From: Octopus sinensis
Taxonomy: Eukaryota
Direction of reading: 5' to 3'
Length of the DNA stretch: 64,000 nt
Assembly: GCF_006345805.1 (NCBI RefSeq)
Contig: NC_043006.1
Coordinates: 56,978,001 to 57,042,000 of the forward strand
The translations under genes were made by a program, and so were the position numbers. Shown here in pieces: positions 13,501 through 26,249 of this stretch (position 1 is its first letter; each line of letters starts with the position of its first letter). The notes beneath the pieces are model-generated. The model searched no databases, was not told where the DNA came from, and worked only from the letters and a program-made list of their open reading frames with translations.

Positions 13501-14184
13501 AAACTCTCCTCAATCACAGAAATGTATGCATACGGGGCAGGGCCGTCGCTAAGCTCTTGCAACCTCTGCGGTCGCAGGGGGGGCTCCGCATTTGAGGGGG
13601 CCCCGTGTTAAGGCCAAAGTACATAGATGAGCCATCTATTTACTTTGATTAAAATGTTAACTGAAAATTTCAAGCCAGACGAGGTAAAACATACGAGGGT
13701 GTACCATAAATAAGTTTAAAAGAAACGAAAAAAGTAAATGAAAAAGGCTAACGAATTCCCTAGGGTGATAAAAGGAAAATGAAAGAAATCCAAAACAATG
13801 AAAATAAGAACAACTTCAACAGAAAAGACAAGAAAGGGACGCAATGGCGATGAAAGGTGGGGATGTATTTATACATACACAGGCATACGTACGCACATTC
13901 ATACATACATATTCACACATACATACGACTGGCTTTTATCTGTTTCCGTGTAACAAGTCCATTCACAAGGCTTTGGCCAGATCAGAGAGAGGGAGAGCTG
14001 AAGAGAGAGAGAGAGAGAGAGGGAGGAAGAGAGAGAGAGAGAGAGATGGATAGATACATAGACATGTAACAAACACACACACACATGTCTCTTAGTCTCC
14101 CTGTCTCTCCCGCTTTCTCTTTTCATTTATCCCTCTCCCTTTCTCCCTCTCTCCCTCTCTGTATACATATATATATATATATAT

Positions 14185-15041
14185 ATAAACAATTCATAAA
14201 TAAGGGCAAACGAAAAGATTTCTAATGCCAAATATGCCGAAAGATTGGACATATTGTCCATTAACCATATATTTTTTTTCACAATACGCACGCTACTCGA
14301 AAAAAAGTGGACAGAAATTTCTAAAAAATTCCATTATTACCATATCGGACCGATTTCAGGGTTAGCTTATAACAGCTCTCCCCTCGTCAGTGATACCTCG
14401 TCAGTGATACATGTGGCAAAAGAAATAAATGAGATACTTACACATACCCATGGAAGAAGCAAACACTAAGTCATGAGCACAATTAAGTACCCCAAATACA
14501 TCCAAAATAGAAATACTCTAGCCCATTCGAGACACGTGCGATTTGAACTGATGCTCTCACAGAGTGAAAGAGTCCGGAAGTGAACGCTTAAATATATCTC
14601 TAATGTAGGATAAAATTTTTTCGAAAAAAATTATTTTCCAAAAAAAATTTCATCAATGGCCAGCATATTAAAAAATACCTTTAAAGGTTAAAATTATAAA
14701 CAATTCATAAATAAGGGCAAACGAAAAAATTTCTAATGCCAAATATGCCGAAAGATTGGACATATTGTCCATTAACCATATTTTTTTTTCACAATACGCA
14801 CGCTACTCGAAAAAAGGTGGAAAGAAATTTCTAAAAAATTCCATTATTACCATATCGGACCGATTTCAGGGTTAGCTTATAACAGCCCTCCCTTCGTCAG
14901 TGATACATGTGGCAAAAGAAATAAATGAGATACTTACTCATACCCATGGAAGAAGCAAACACTAAGGCCGGAAGTGAACGCTTAAATTTATATCTAATGT
15001 AGGATAAATTTTTTTCGAAAAAAAATTCTTTTCCAAAAAAA
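14185..15041. repeat. Tandem duplication, 511-bp period, second copy internally deleted
   Basis: 14185-14695 recurs from 14696. Copy 2 lacks about 14471-14572 and one of the two CTCGTCAGTGATAC copies. Confidence 0.92.
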
Positions 15042-15044
15042 GCT

Positions 15045-15069
15045 TTTTATATATATATATATTATATAT

Positions 15070-15122
<53 letters not shown>

Positions 15123-15127
15123 ATTAG

Positions 15128-15167
<40 letters not shown>

Positions 15168-15171
15168 TGTG

Positions 15172-15215
<44 letters not shown>

Positions 15216-15270
15216 CATGTGTGTGTGCGTGCATGTGTGTGTGTGTGCGCGCGTGCATGTGTGTGTGAAG
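15045..15270. repeat. (TA)n followed by (TG)n compound microsatellite
   Basis: Directly visible. Confidence 0.97.
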
Positions 15271-16024
15271 CTATATCTGTTGTTATGGGCTCCGGTTAGG
15301 TCTGGTTAGGTTTCTATGACAATTGCAACAGTTAAAACCTGAGCTTTTATTTCCGAAAAGAATTTGTTTTTATTGCTGCTGTTGCTGTTCTTAGATGTCA
15401 GGGAGGTGTCAAGTTAAGCGTACCAACAATCTTGAACGCTGCAGCGTTTTACAGAACACCACAGCTCAAATATTGCAACACTTGGAGCAAAGCTGTTATT
15501 ATATTTCATAAATCATGAGAGAACACTGAGGACACGCTTAAGGTAGATTACTTGGTATGTTGCAATAAGAAATGCTGAGAAAGAAATTCTTAGTATAAAT
15601 ATATTGCAAACATATTTCTCGCCACCGCAAAGAAATTAAAACTAGCAAAACATTTCTAGAAAACAACCTCCTAGAACATTTCAGTTACGTCTGCCTAAGT
15701 GCATACTCCCGCGAAGCGACCTATCTGTCTGTCTTTACGTCAATGTGTCTGAGTATCTGTCTGTATGCAGCCTGATTCTGTGTGAGCATAATCGTTTTAT
15801 TTCTTTTTTCCTTTTCAGCTACAACAGTGTATTATGCAGGCTTATTGCTTGTTAAAGAGATAGCCAGCTGTTTTTGCAGGCTAGAGCTCTTTCTAATGGT
15901 GTACATGACATGATAATACCGACATCCTCAATAAATGTATTGAGATAGTTAAAAGATTTGCATGTTAGATCATTAAGTTGCTAATTGAACTTATAATAGG
16001 TCCATAATAAGCGAAAAATAAGTA

Positions 16025-16213
16025 CCCTTTCGTTACTGTATTTATTTTGAGTTACTCTGTATTTCTTTCAATAAATTAGTTATCATTCAGGAAGTGTTAG
16101 GAACATAAATTGTGACTAAGGTTTGGTGGAAGATTTCAATTCAGAACTTTTGAAAACAAGGCATTTGTACTACAGAGCCAGAGGCTGTCTCAGCCGGGTT
16201 GGTATCAAAAGAG
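16025..16213. mobile_element. Degenerate piggyBac-type MITE
   Basis: CCCTTTCGTTAC...GGTATCAAAAGAG followed by TTAA; the left TTAA is decayed. Confidence 0.4.
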
Positions 16214-16331
16214 TTAAAAAACTGCAATACTTTAATTTTTGTTTTATACGGCACTGTATGTCCAAGACTCATGACTTTTTCAAACATCCAAAGTACCGAT
16301 GCCATTTATTCATTTCTTCGTTTATCATCAC

Positions 16332-16373
<42 letters not shown>

Positions 16374-16611
16374 TAAGGCGGCGAGCTGGCAGAATCGTTA
16401 GCATGCCAGGTGAAATGCTTTGCGGTATTTCGTCTGCCGCTACATTCTGAGTTCAAATTCCGCTGCGGTCGACTTTGCCTTTCATCCTTTCGGAGTTGAT
16501 AAAAATAAGTACTACTTGAACACTGGGGTTGATGTAATCGACTAGTCCCCTCCACTAAAATGGCTGCCCTTGTAACAAAAATTTTAAACCATTATTATTA
16601 TTATTATTATT

Positions 16612-16642
<31 letters not shown>

Positions 16643-17170
16643 TATTATTATTATATTATTATTATTAAGGCGGTGAGCTAATAGAACTGTTAGCGCGCCG
16701 GGCGAGATGCTTAGCGATATTTCGTCCGACTTTACGTTCTGAGTTCAAATTCCACCGAGGTAAACTTTGCCTTTCATCCTTTTGGGGTTGATAAATTAAG
16801 TACCAGTGAACCACTGGGGATCGATGTAATTGACTATTCCCTTCCCTCAAAATTTCAAGGCGTTGTGCCTTCAGTAGAAAGGATTATTATTATCATTATT
16901 ATTATTAAGGTGGAGAGCTGGCAGAATGGTACGCACACCGGACTAAATACTTAGCAGTATTTCTTCCGTCTTTATATTCTGAGTCCAAATTCCGCCGAGG
17001 TCGACTATGCCTTTTATCTTTTCGGGGTCGATGAAATAAGTACTAGTTGAACACTGCGGGCGATATAATCGACTTAAGCCTCCCCCAAAATTGATGCCCT
17101 TGTGGCAAAATTTGAAACCATTATTGTTATTATTATTGTGGCGAGCAGAGAGAGAATCGTTGTGTGGCTG
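16374..17170 (+). mobile_element. Chain of three (plus a partial fourth) family-A SINEs joined by (ATT)n tails
   Basis: Heads TAAGG(C/T)GG.GAGCT at 16374, 16666 and 16906, each with a GAGTTCAAAT-type B box and ending in (ATT)n. Confidence 0.9.
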
Positions 17171-17234
17171 ATAAACCACACACGTCCATCCATCCATCCA
17201 TCCATCCATCCATCCATCCATACATACATACATG

Positions 17235-17273
<39 letters not shown>

Positions 17274-17424
17274 TTGACTGAAGACTGAGGGTTTCGAATG
17301 TCTTGTCCATGTTTATTGTATCGTCTTCTAAGAGTTATACGTTCTTGTCCATGTTGTATTTTTCTACATACCTTAACATATATATATATATAATATATAT
17401 ATATATTATATATATATATATATA

Positions 17425-17960
17425 CCTCTGCCCAATGCAAAAGTTTATCACCTTTATCAAATCTGGCGAGAAGATGACCACTGATAAGTATTCTCCCCAC
17501 CTCTAGGGCCTACTTGAATGCTGAATGCTGACCTTGGAAAGCGGCTGAAGTTCCCAGAAACTGTTACCTCAACATCACTAAGGCTGCATGTGTTTCTGAT
17601 CTCAGAAGCATCTAAGGACGTGGTTCTGTTGGAACTTTTCGTTTCTTTTCAGGACTGCATTGAAGAGGCTAACAAGAGAAAGAGAAGAAAATATGCTAAG
17701 CTAGTGGAATTGTGCAAAAGCAATGGCTGGCAAGTAAGGCATGACCCCATTGTGGTAAAATTAAGAGGGCTTGCAGGCTATTCCCTCTACAGGGTTCACA
17801 GCATGATTGGCATAACAGGGACTAATAAAAGAAGACCATCAGGTCGACAGTGGAAGCAGCAGAAGCTGTTTCAAGGTGATTGTGGATCAGAAGGTGTGAG
17901 CCCTAGAAGGGGTAATGCTACAATGAGTTGTGCGAACTGGACACAAAATGGTCGTTGAAA
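17425..17960 (+). mobile_element. RLE-type (HERO-like) non-LTR retrotransposon C-terminal fragment
   Basis: ORF 17518-17958: DLGKRLKFPE..TSLRLHVFLISEASKDVVLLEL..IEEANKRKRRKYAKLVELCKSNGW..RG matches the RPD..(I/L)EL..RK..KY restriction-like endonuclease layout, with the catalytic PD decayed. Confidence 0.75.
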
Positions 17961-18129
17961 CAAGTAAAAGATTATATATTTATACCCTAGTACTATTTTT
18001 ATTTTCAAAACCTGGTACTTATTTTATCGGTTTCTTTTGTTAAGAAAATTGATCCCACCTTTCCAGAATTTCTCCCTAATCATTTCGTCATCCATCATAA
18101 ATAGTTAGTAGCCAGATATTTCAAGTAGG

Positions 18130-19430
18130 AATCTGTCCTTGAAACTGTGAATTTCATATTTTTAAATGGGAAGACCCACCGACAGTTCACAAATTTTTCT
18201 GAAGAACTGGAGCTTTAAGATAAACCCAGTGTTAATTCATTCAGTAGATCAGTGGATTTGTTGGAGCTTATTATTACGTTTCTTGAAGAAAACATTTTAT
18301 CCCCAACTAGAAAAGGATTAACGGATGCAAAATCTGTTCTTTACTGATATAATAAATCAGCTACAAACTCTCAAATTGTCACTCCATGAAAGGTAAAGAT
18401 TATTTCTGATCTCGCTTTCAAGGTAAAATAAATTTTTTTCAAAAAGACTGGAGGCTACCTTATTTGAATCCAGTGTCGTTATGTTTTAATGAGAATCATC
18501 TATATTTATCTTCCATGTCACATCGTTAGCAACTGGGTGGTGCTCGTTACATAGCTATAAAAGACGCACACAGACAGGTAACATCCTCTTTCTCTCACAC
18601 ACTGCCTGCAGCTAGCTACAGTTTTCTCCATCTCTATTCCTGCTACAAGATAACATCTCGTTGATTGAATTTTCTTAAATCCTCTTCACCAGTCATTGAA
18701 TGCGGCAAGACTAAAACATTTTCTTAATCAAATTCTATTCAGTTCTATTGAAGGTCAATGTACAAGCTGTGTAAACGCTCTCATCCCGGATCGAAATAAA
18801 TCCCTTATGTACATGAAGTCTTCACAAATCTCACACGAGTTGTTATTCCTCACTGGATTGATTCTAACAGCTATCGAAGGACGACCGATCATTATATTAA
18901 ATTAGTGGGCTAAAAATCCGCTAAAAGACATATTGTCAAGAAATTTCATTCACTTTTCCAATCTGAAATAAAAGACCACAAACTGATAGAATACAAACAT
19001 AAATTACAAGAACTGCTTCATACTTTCCTAACCAAGACTTGCAGAATCCATTCTTAGGTGTTGTGGTTCAATGATGGTTGTCCAGTCCTCAGACCTTTAA
19101 TTGTGGAATCACCTACTGTGGAAATAGAAGTAATGGAATTACAGGAAAACCTGAGTCTAAAGATGATCCATAAATCCCAGTCTATAACTGAATTCTGCAA
19201 TCTCCAGAAATAAAGTATCCTGAACTGAAGAAAGCTTGTATGCGACTTATTTAAATTTTCAGCACAGCATACTATTGTGAATCACTGTAATATGTAATGA
19301 AGTTTGTAAAATAGAAACCTCATGCAAACTTTACAAACTATCTCTTAGCGGTGCTAATTCGTGCCGCCTTGACAACATATCAGCCAGATTTTCAACGATT
19401 AGATGAAAACCCACAAGGTCTCTACTAACA
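18130..19430 (+). mobile_element. Degenerate hAT transposase (GTF2IRD2/SPIN/Charlie-like), interrupted
   Basis: VNFI..NGKTHRQF..F.EEL; FTDII..L; KYPELKKACMRL..FST.Y.CES..MKFVK..LIRAALTTYQPDF (hAT dimerisation region). Confidence 0.75.
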
Positions 19431-19452
19431 GTAAGTAGCAAAAACAGTAAGT

Positions 19453-19676
19453 AGGAAATATGCAACAAAGTAAACCAATAAATTTAGAAATATTCAAATC
19501 AGATCCTACCTTACAGTCTTATCATAATATTTTAAGCGTAGACAATGCAACACATATCAGGCTATTGCCTGATATGTGTTGCATTGTCTACGCTTAAAAT
19601 ATTATGATAAGACTGTAAGGTAGGATCTGATTTGAATATTTCTAAATTTATTGGTTTACTTTGTTGCATATTTCCT
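19453..19676. repeat. Perfect inverted repeat: 110-bp arms, 4-nt loop (TATT)
   Basis: 19453-19562 is the exact reverse complement of 19567-19676, checked base by base. Confidence 0.97.
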
Positions 19677-21524
19677 TCTTTGTTTTATCCAGATATCTAC
19701 GTAGATAGATATCATTACTTTGTTCTGTCCACCTTTATTTTGAACAGTTTAATCTTATATCACTGAAATGCAAATACGCATATGTTTTTAAAAAATGCTT
19801 CCGTAGTCCGTTAACGTATTGTTACGAACCTGCCGTCGCTCAACTCGAACTCGGGACCCTAAGTCGAGTGACGACGACGACGACCACGCTCAGCCAAATC
19901 GGAAATCCGCCACAGAAAACGGTGGAAGAATAGCAGCGAACACAAACCAGTAACCGGTGATAACAACAACAACAACAACAGGAAGAGAGAGATACAGCGG
20001 AAGGCAGTTGCTCACATTTAACAACAGTTTATACAATTGTTACAATATCAATCGAAACGTAATACATGTCAGATACATTTAAAGAAAAACATTCAACGAA
20101 TTGTACAGAGTTAAAGAGAAAAACAACAGTCAATGCATGCACAATACGCAACGTCCGAAGATAATCAAAACATTAATGTTCAACACAATACAGAGTTCGA
20201 AAACAGTCCACATTAAAGTCTTTCCCTTTTCTCTTCAACAATTCTTTTTTTCAACAGATTACAGTTTACGTCACAATGTTCTTTTCCCTTCTTTTTAAAG
20301 GGTGGTAGATTTATTTTGTCTTAAACTTTGCTTGACCGGATAAGGGTCAGAGGTATCTTCCAACCTCATTAATTTCCCTTACCGGTAACAAGACAAAGCC
20401 AAATAACCTGTCTCCCCAGTCCATCTGGCACCAAACCACGAAACTGGGTCACAGCACTTTTTCTCCGACTGACCTCGTATCAGTATTAAATATGCTAAAA
20501 CTTCTTGTATATATACTGAAGCTAAATCAGATTAAGTTTAAAACATTCAATTCCTGAAAAAATATTATCACGTACATACAAAATGTATAGTCGTAATTAA
20601 TCCATTTTCTTTTATTTTACTAGTTTCAGCCATTAGAGTACGGTCATGCTGGGGCACCACTCTGAAGGTGATTTATTCAATCATATCAACTCCAGTACTT
20701 TATGTTTTCGAGTTTGATACTTATTTTATCAATATAAGTTGCAAGATATGAACACAAGCACAGATACAAGATTGCGGACAGTGTAAATTTTGTTCATGTC
20801 TTGCAACTCTCAAGTCTGAACTTTATTTGATGTGACGCTTACGCAATGCAAGTTTGGCCGCCCTTAATATAGAAGCTCAGTTATTGACCCCTGATGATGA
20901 TCATTGCAGAAGTGGGTAAAATAGACTTCGTCAGAAGGCGACGTTGCTGGTAATTTGTACCTACTGTTGGTGGTGTGAATCCCAGAACGGTGCATGTGGT
21001 TTGTGAAGTGACTGATAGTACGGATATATTTGAGTTTGGTATTTGTGTAGGTTAAGTGGAAGAGATAACATTCTGCTTGTGATAACATTCTACTCGTGGT
21101 CTATGTCGCTGACTATTTTTAAGTGATGATCCATGTAGTATCAAGAACTGCAACACTTACTGAGGCAACAAACTGTCACATTTAACTTGTGGTTTCATTT
21201 TCAGTATTGTGACAATTTCCGGTCTGATGGGTAAATATACGGTCTTGCTGTACCAAAGTAGGGATTGGCTTCTGTTTCAAAACATGATACCAAGTAGAAC
21301 ATTTAATTCGTATTGCTACGACTATAAGTATATCAAGGAGTAATAAATGAAGCTCAAAAGCAATATTAGCAAAAAGCATACGACGTAATGCTTTCTTTTC
21401 AACATTAATAATGCATCAAGGAAATACTAGCTGAATAGTTTTCTGTCTTGCCAGCTTATTTCTTGAACCTGTCTAACTTCTTTTGTAAGCGAAAAATTAT
21501 ACTTGTTACAAACATGGCTTTATT

Positions 21525-22239
21525 AATATTGTTTCCTTACTAAGGCGGCGAGCTAGCAAAAACGTTAGCACGCCGCCGAGTGAAATGCTCAGCGGTATTT
21601 CGTCTGTCTTTACGTTCTGAGTTCAAATTCCGCTGAGGGCGACTTTGCCTTACATCTTTTCGGGGTCGATAAATTAAGTACCAGCTGCGTATTTGGGTCA
21701 ATATAATCGACTGCCCCCCTTCCCTACCAAAATTTCGGACCTTGTGCCTAGGGTAGAAAAGAATATGGTTCCCTTGCCAAGGCGGCGAGCTAGCAGAAAC
21801 GTTAACAAGCCGGGTGAAATGCTTAACGCTATTTCGTCTGTTTTTATGTTCTGAGTTCAATTTCTGCCGAGGTCGACTTTGCCAGTCATCTTTTCGGGGT
21901 CAATAGATTAAGTGCCAGTTGCGTACTGGGGTCAATATAATCGACTGGCCCCCACCCCCAAAATTTCGGACCTTGTGCCTAGGGTAGAAAAGAATATTGT
22001 TCCCTTGCCAAGGCGGCGAGCTGGCAGAAACATTAGCACGCCGGGCGAAATGCTTAGCAGTATTTCGTCTGTCTTTACGTTCTAAGTTCAAACTCCGCCG
22101 AGGTTGACTTTGCCTTTCATCCTCTCGGGGTCGATAAATTAAGTACCAGTTGCGTACTGGGGTCAATCTAATCGACTGGTCCCCTCCCCAAACATTTCAG
22201 GACCTGTGCCTAGAGTAGAAAAGAATATTGTTCCCTTAC
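21525..22239 (+). mobile_element. Tandem trimer of family-A SINE, period 231-237 bp, each unit bounded by a 16-bp direct repeat
   Basis: AATAT(T/G)GTT(T/C)CCTT(A/G)C at 21525, 21762, 21993 and 22224. SINE heads at 21541, 21778 and 22009. No (ATT)n tails. Confidence 0.92.
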
Positions 22240-23664
22240 CTACTATGAAGCAAATGCATGTTTTCAAATTTGTTTGACAAGCGAAAGAATTAGAAACACG
22301 GGTATATCACATCCGGTTATTTGACTAGATAGATTAGTTTTGTAAAGATGCGGTGTAATAATCAGGTGTCTGATCGTTCTGTTACTGTGCACCTTAGAAA
22401 ACGTTCGCTTACTAATGCTATATCTCCCAAGCACCAATGTGAAATAGTCAAACTACTGATGATGACTGGAAATGCTGGTATGCAGAAGAGAAATAGATAT
22501 AGATGAACTTAAAACAATTAAAGAGAGAAAGGGGAAGAGAGAGAAAGAGAGAAACAGACAGACAGACAGACAGATAGACAGACAGAGTTCTTGTCTGAGT
22601 AAGTGGAAGTCGTTGTTAGAGAAATACATATGAAATACATGAGAATAACCCATACCTGTTCACGACCATTATTTTGCGGAGCAACGCCGGAGTACACAAT
22701 GTACGTAGCCTGGTGAGTTAGAATGGATTAGTATAGGAGATTTTAAACTCAAGAATAATCTGATATGTGGTTAGCGTGCCAGTGTTATAGCTACTGGGGG
22801 TCAAATTTTAACTGAAATTCAAAAAATGTTTACAAGCGGAATGGAAGTTATAAAAGATCGCAATCTGGATATCTGAAGAAGAAAACTAAGAGCATCGGAC
22901 AGTGAGTATACATTGAAAAACAGAATTTAACGAATTCTTCAGTGTGTCTAAACTTTGATAAACAAATGTCTACGGTGCGTAATTATCAGTCCCTCATCTG
23001 TTTAATTATCAATTAATGAATTAACTTTTGAATTTATGAATCATAATATTTAAAATAAACATAGCAATCTCTTAGCAATCTCAGCAAATTGGTTGAATAT
23101 GTTCCTGCTGCCATGTTAAATAAACAATGACGAAGAACTTAGTTGCAAAACAGCTGTCTTCGTCTAGGGAGCAACAAGACAACATAATACGCTATCGTAG
23201 TTGAAAATGAAGAAAAGCAAAACGAATGTATACACACACACATATACACACACACACACACACAAATATTCATGCACACACATAACGCTTACACTCGCAC
23301 TCAGACATACACATAGACATATATACAGACAGCTCCGCCCAAATGCAGCTAAAATGCACTAAAGGATAGTTTTGTAGTTACTTAGCAATTGCTATTTCCT
23401 CACCAAGCAAAAAAAAAAAGTATGCTGTCGGCATATTCTATCAAAAAACTTCTATCTCAGTGTTTTCTATTGCAATTTTGGAAGTAATATGTCCGAATAA
23501 ACCTTAACCATTTGTCTGTCCTGCATATCAGATGTGATATTCAGAACATATTTTCCGGCATCCGGGCATCGTATATATTTCCGATTTTTTTCTTCTTTTT
23601 TATTTTTTATCTTTTTTTTTTTTGGCACCCACCAGAGTAACTTGGGACTTGTGAAAGGAAAGTA

Positions 23665-24229
23665 TTGGGTTGTCCGGAAAGTTCGTGCCGATTTTTAAAA
23701 GAGAGAAAAAAGTCAATAAATACTTGCCATTACATTTTTAATCAACCAAATATGAACCATTATGTTGCACAATGCGTCTCCATCTTTCCTTTAACTTGAA
23801 AATACCCTCATCCCAGAAGTGAGGTGGTTTCATGGCAAAGATTTCATCAAGGTATCTTTTTACGTCAGCCAAGGAATTGAAATTTTTACCATTAAGACTA
23901 TTCTGCAGAGACCTGAATAAGTCGAAATCCGAAGGAGCAATATCTGGTGAATATGGAGGGTGGGGCAACAGATCCCAGACGAGCTGCAGCAATTTTTGTC
24001 TGGTTCCCAAAGCACCAAGTGCCGGAAATGCACTTTCTTATCTTCCATTTTAAAGGGTTACAGAATTAACACAGGTTATAGAGACATGAATCTTCTTCCA
24101 CGAAAGATAGCTTAAACTGTGCTCTAAATGGAGGTGTAGTCAAATCCTATTTTATGGAGTCAACCATGTTCTAAAATAAGTCGAAAGGCAAGCTACTACA
24201 AATCGGCACAAACTTTACGGACAACCCAA
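23665..24229 (-). mobile_element. Internally deleted mariner (non-autonomous), copy 1
   Basis: 30-bp TIR TTGGGTTGTCCG(G/T)AAAGTT(C/T)GTGCCGATTT with TA TSDs. N-terminal MEDKKVHFRHL is fused to C-terminal ..PHPPYSPDIAPSDF..RW. Confidence 0.95.
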
Positions 24230-24499
24230 TAGTATACTACTCAGAAAGTATGAAAGAAGGACTTACTGAAATTATGAAGACAAATATGGAGATTTGGGAA
24301 AAAAAATTATGAAAATGCGTTGGACAGACAAAGGGTTAATTATGACATTCTTTTATTATCTTTGCATTATTTTTTCCTGTTTTCATTTATTCGACAACGG
24401 TCATGCTGGAGCATATCATAGATAGGTTTTAATCGGCCTTATCAACTCCAATACTTGGCAATTATCTTCTCGTTCTGTCGAACAACTATGTAACGGGAT

Positions 24500-24705
24500 A
24501 TCGATGAAATAAAAGTCCACAAATTGGAAGAATATACAAGCATAAATTACAAGAATTGCTTCATAATTTCTTAACCAAGTCTGATGATTTGGAGAATCCA
24601 TTCATAGTTGTTGTTGCTGTCAATGATGGTTGTCCAGTCCTCAAACATTTAGTTATGGAATCACCTACTGTGGAAATGGAAAAAAATGAAATTACAGAAG
24701 AACAT
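24500..24705 (+). mobile_element. Second fragment of the hAT family at 18130-19430
   Basis: Aligns to about 18960-19150 (GATGGTTGTCCAGTCCTCA, GGAATCACCTACTGTGGAAAT). Confidence 0.8.
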
Positions 24706-24769
24706 GCGTCTCGTAACACGGATAAATATGCACAGAGACACATTCATTCACACATACACATACGAGTAC

Positions 24770-24839
<70 letters not shown>

Positions 24840-25504
24840 TGATATTAATATTAGTATTAGATACATACATGCATACATAATATGCACGCACACACACACA
24901 CATAGTTATATATATACACACACGCTCACATGTACGTGTATGTGTACACATATGTATGTAGATATATGCGTTTGCGTGTGTATGTGTGCGTACGAACACA
25001 CGCACACACATACACATGCACGTACGCATATGCGTGCCCCCCCCCCCACACACACAAGTACACATTTCAGAACTTGCGAACTGTTCATAATAAGTTATCA
25101 AGTTATTCAACACGACCAATGATTTCGACCACCGGGCGGTAATTTAAGTGGGGGTAACGACAGGATATGAAAATTAGTTGACTTCAAGAAACATGTTATT
25201 CTAATTAGTTAGATTGAATAAATAATTAATTAAGACGGACTCAAAGAAGAACGATCGAAGGAGAAAAATTGGTTGCCTCGCACATGTTCCGGCAACATTA
25301 CAATAATCACATAGCAACATGTGTTGGTAGGGTCGAACACCCGAGCTTCGTCCTGCTGCAGATAAGACGCGAGTAAGTGACGTGAGCTTTAGCCTTGTAA
25401 AGATTTCTTCGATAAACATTCGCTCAAACCTAAAATTTCTCGTCTCTCTCTTCCTCATATTGCATACGTGCACGCCAAAATCTCTCGTGGAAGCGCCATC
25501 CAAC

Positions 25505-25800
25505 CAAAATGCAAATATATGGGAAATTACCACCTGTGTCATCTCTTGTGAAAGGTAGGAGAGTCCAGTTTGCTGGACATTGTTGTAGAGCTGAAAAAGA
25601 AGTAATTTCTACTCTTCTCCTCTGGAAGCCATCTACTCGCAATACCAGAGGGCGCACACTCTCCTACCCTGATGTAATCTCCAGGGATACAGGCATCCAG
25701 CAACAGGACCTCCGTAATGCTATGATGGACCGTGAAGTCTGGTGTAACATAGTAAATTCCATTGTCTCGACCACGGTCGAACAATGATGATGATGATGTC
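25505..25800 (+). mobile_element. RTE-X-like LINE 3' end with (GAT)n tail
   Basis: ORF 25509-25787: RRVQFAGHCCR..LLLWKP..RGR..Y.D.I.RDTG..M.DR.VW, then TGATGATGATG. Confidence 0.8.
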
Positions 25801-25803
25801 TAT

Positions 25804-25862
<59 letters not shown>

Positions 25863-26249
25863 CGCGCGTGCTTGCGTCTCTGCGTGCGGCGCATGCTGAG
25901 ATGTGTTTTTAGGAAGTCGCTGCAGTTGGCAAAGTAAATAATAATAATTAAGTGGTCAGCATTATTTTATAGGATTTCGAGGTTGTGACAAGAGTAATGA
26001 TTAACCCGTATAAGTCTCAAGGCTTACAGACAGGCACCTGCAGAAACAAGTTCACGCTGCCAGCCAGTGTTGTGGCTATCTGGATCAAACAGTCAGGTGA
26101 GGTTGCTCAGCCTCATTCGGGAGACGGTTACTGTCCCATTTCCACCTAAAAAATGTGCCGAGGGTAAGTTATCTCTGAGAAGCCAGTAATATATTCTCTC
26201 TGTAATATATTACTTTGCCTGACTAGTTTGAATAGTCTGTTTTTTTACT

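Noticed and set aside
13538-13725. Lone hAT-like end CAGGGCCGTCGCTAAG and lone mariner-like TACGAGGGTGTACC
   Set aside because: No partner TIR or TSD found.
17275-17310. CTGAAGA...CGAATGTC hammerhead-like string
   Set aside because: The GAAA core is broken and stems I and II do not pair.
19820-20066. Solo-LTR-like segment (TGTTACG...TAATACA); a similar one at about 31070-31360
   Set aside because: No convincing TSD or paired LTR; boundaries ambiguous.
20860-21400. Non-repetitive-looking minus-strand stretch with a short hydrophobic peptide (MLKRKHYVVCFLLILLLSFIYYSLIYL*)
   Set aside because: Every frame is interrupted by stops and there are no clear splice sites.
21525-22239. Repeat-spacer periodicity resembling a CRISPR array
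   Set aside because: The 'spacers' are homologous SINE copies of about 215 bp, the context is eukaryotic and there are no cas genes.
22690-23200. Donor-like GTGAGT sites (about 22716, 22902) and a TAAT-rich cluster
   Set aside because: Weak acceptors and no recognisable peptide; cannot be supported as exon or enhancer from sequence alone.
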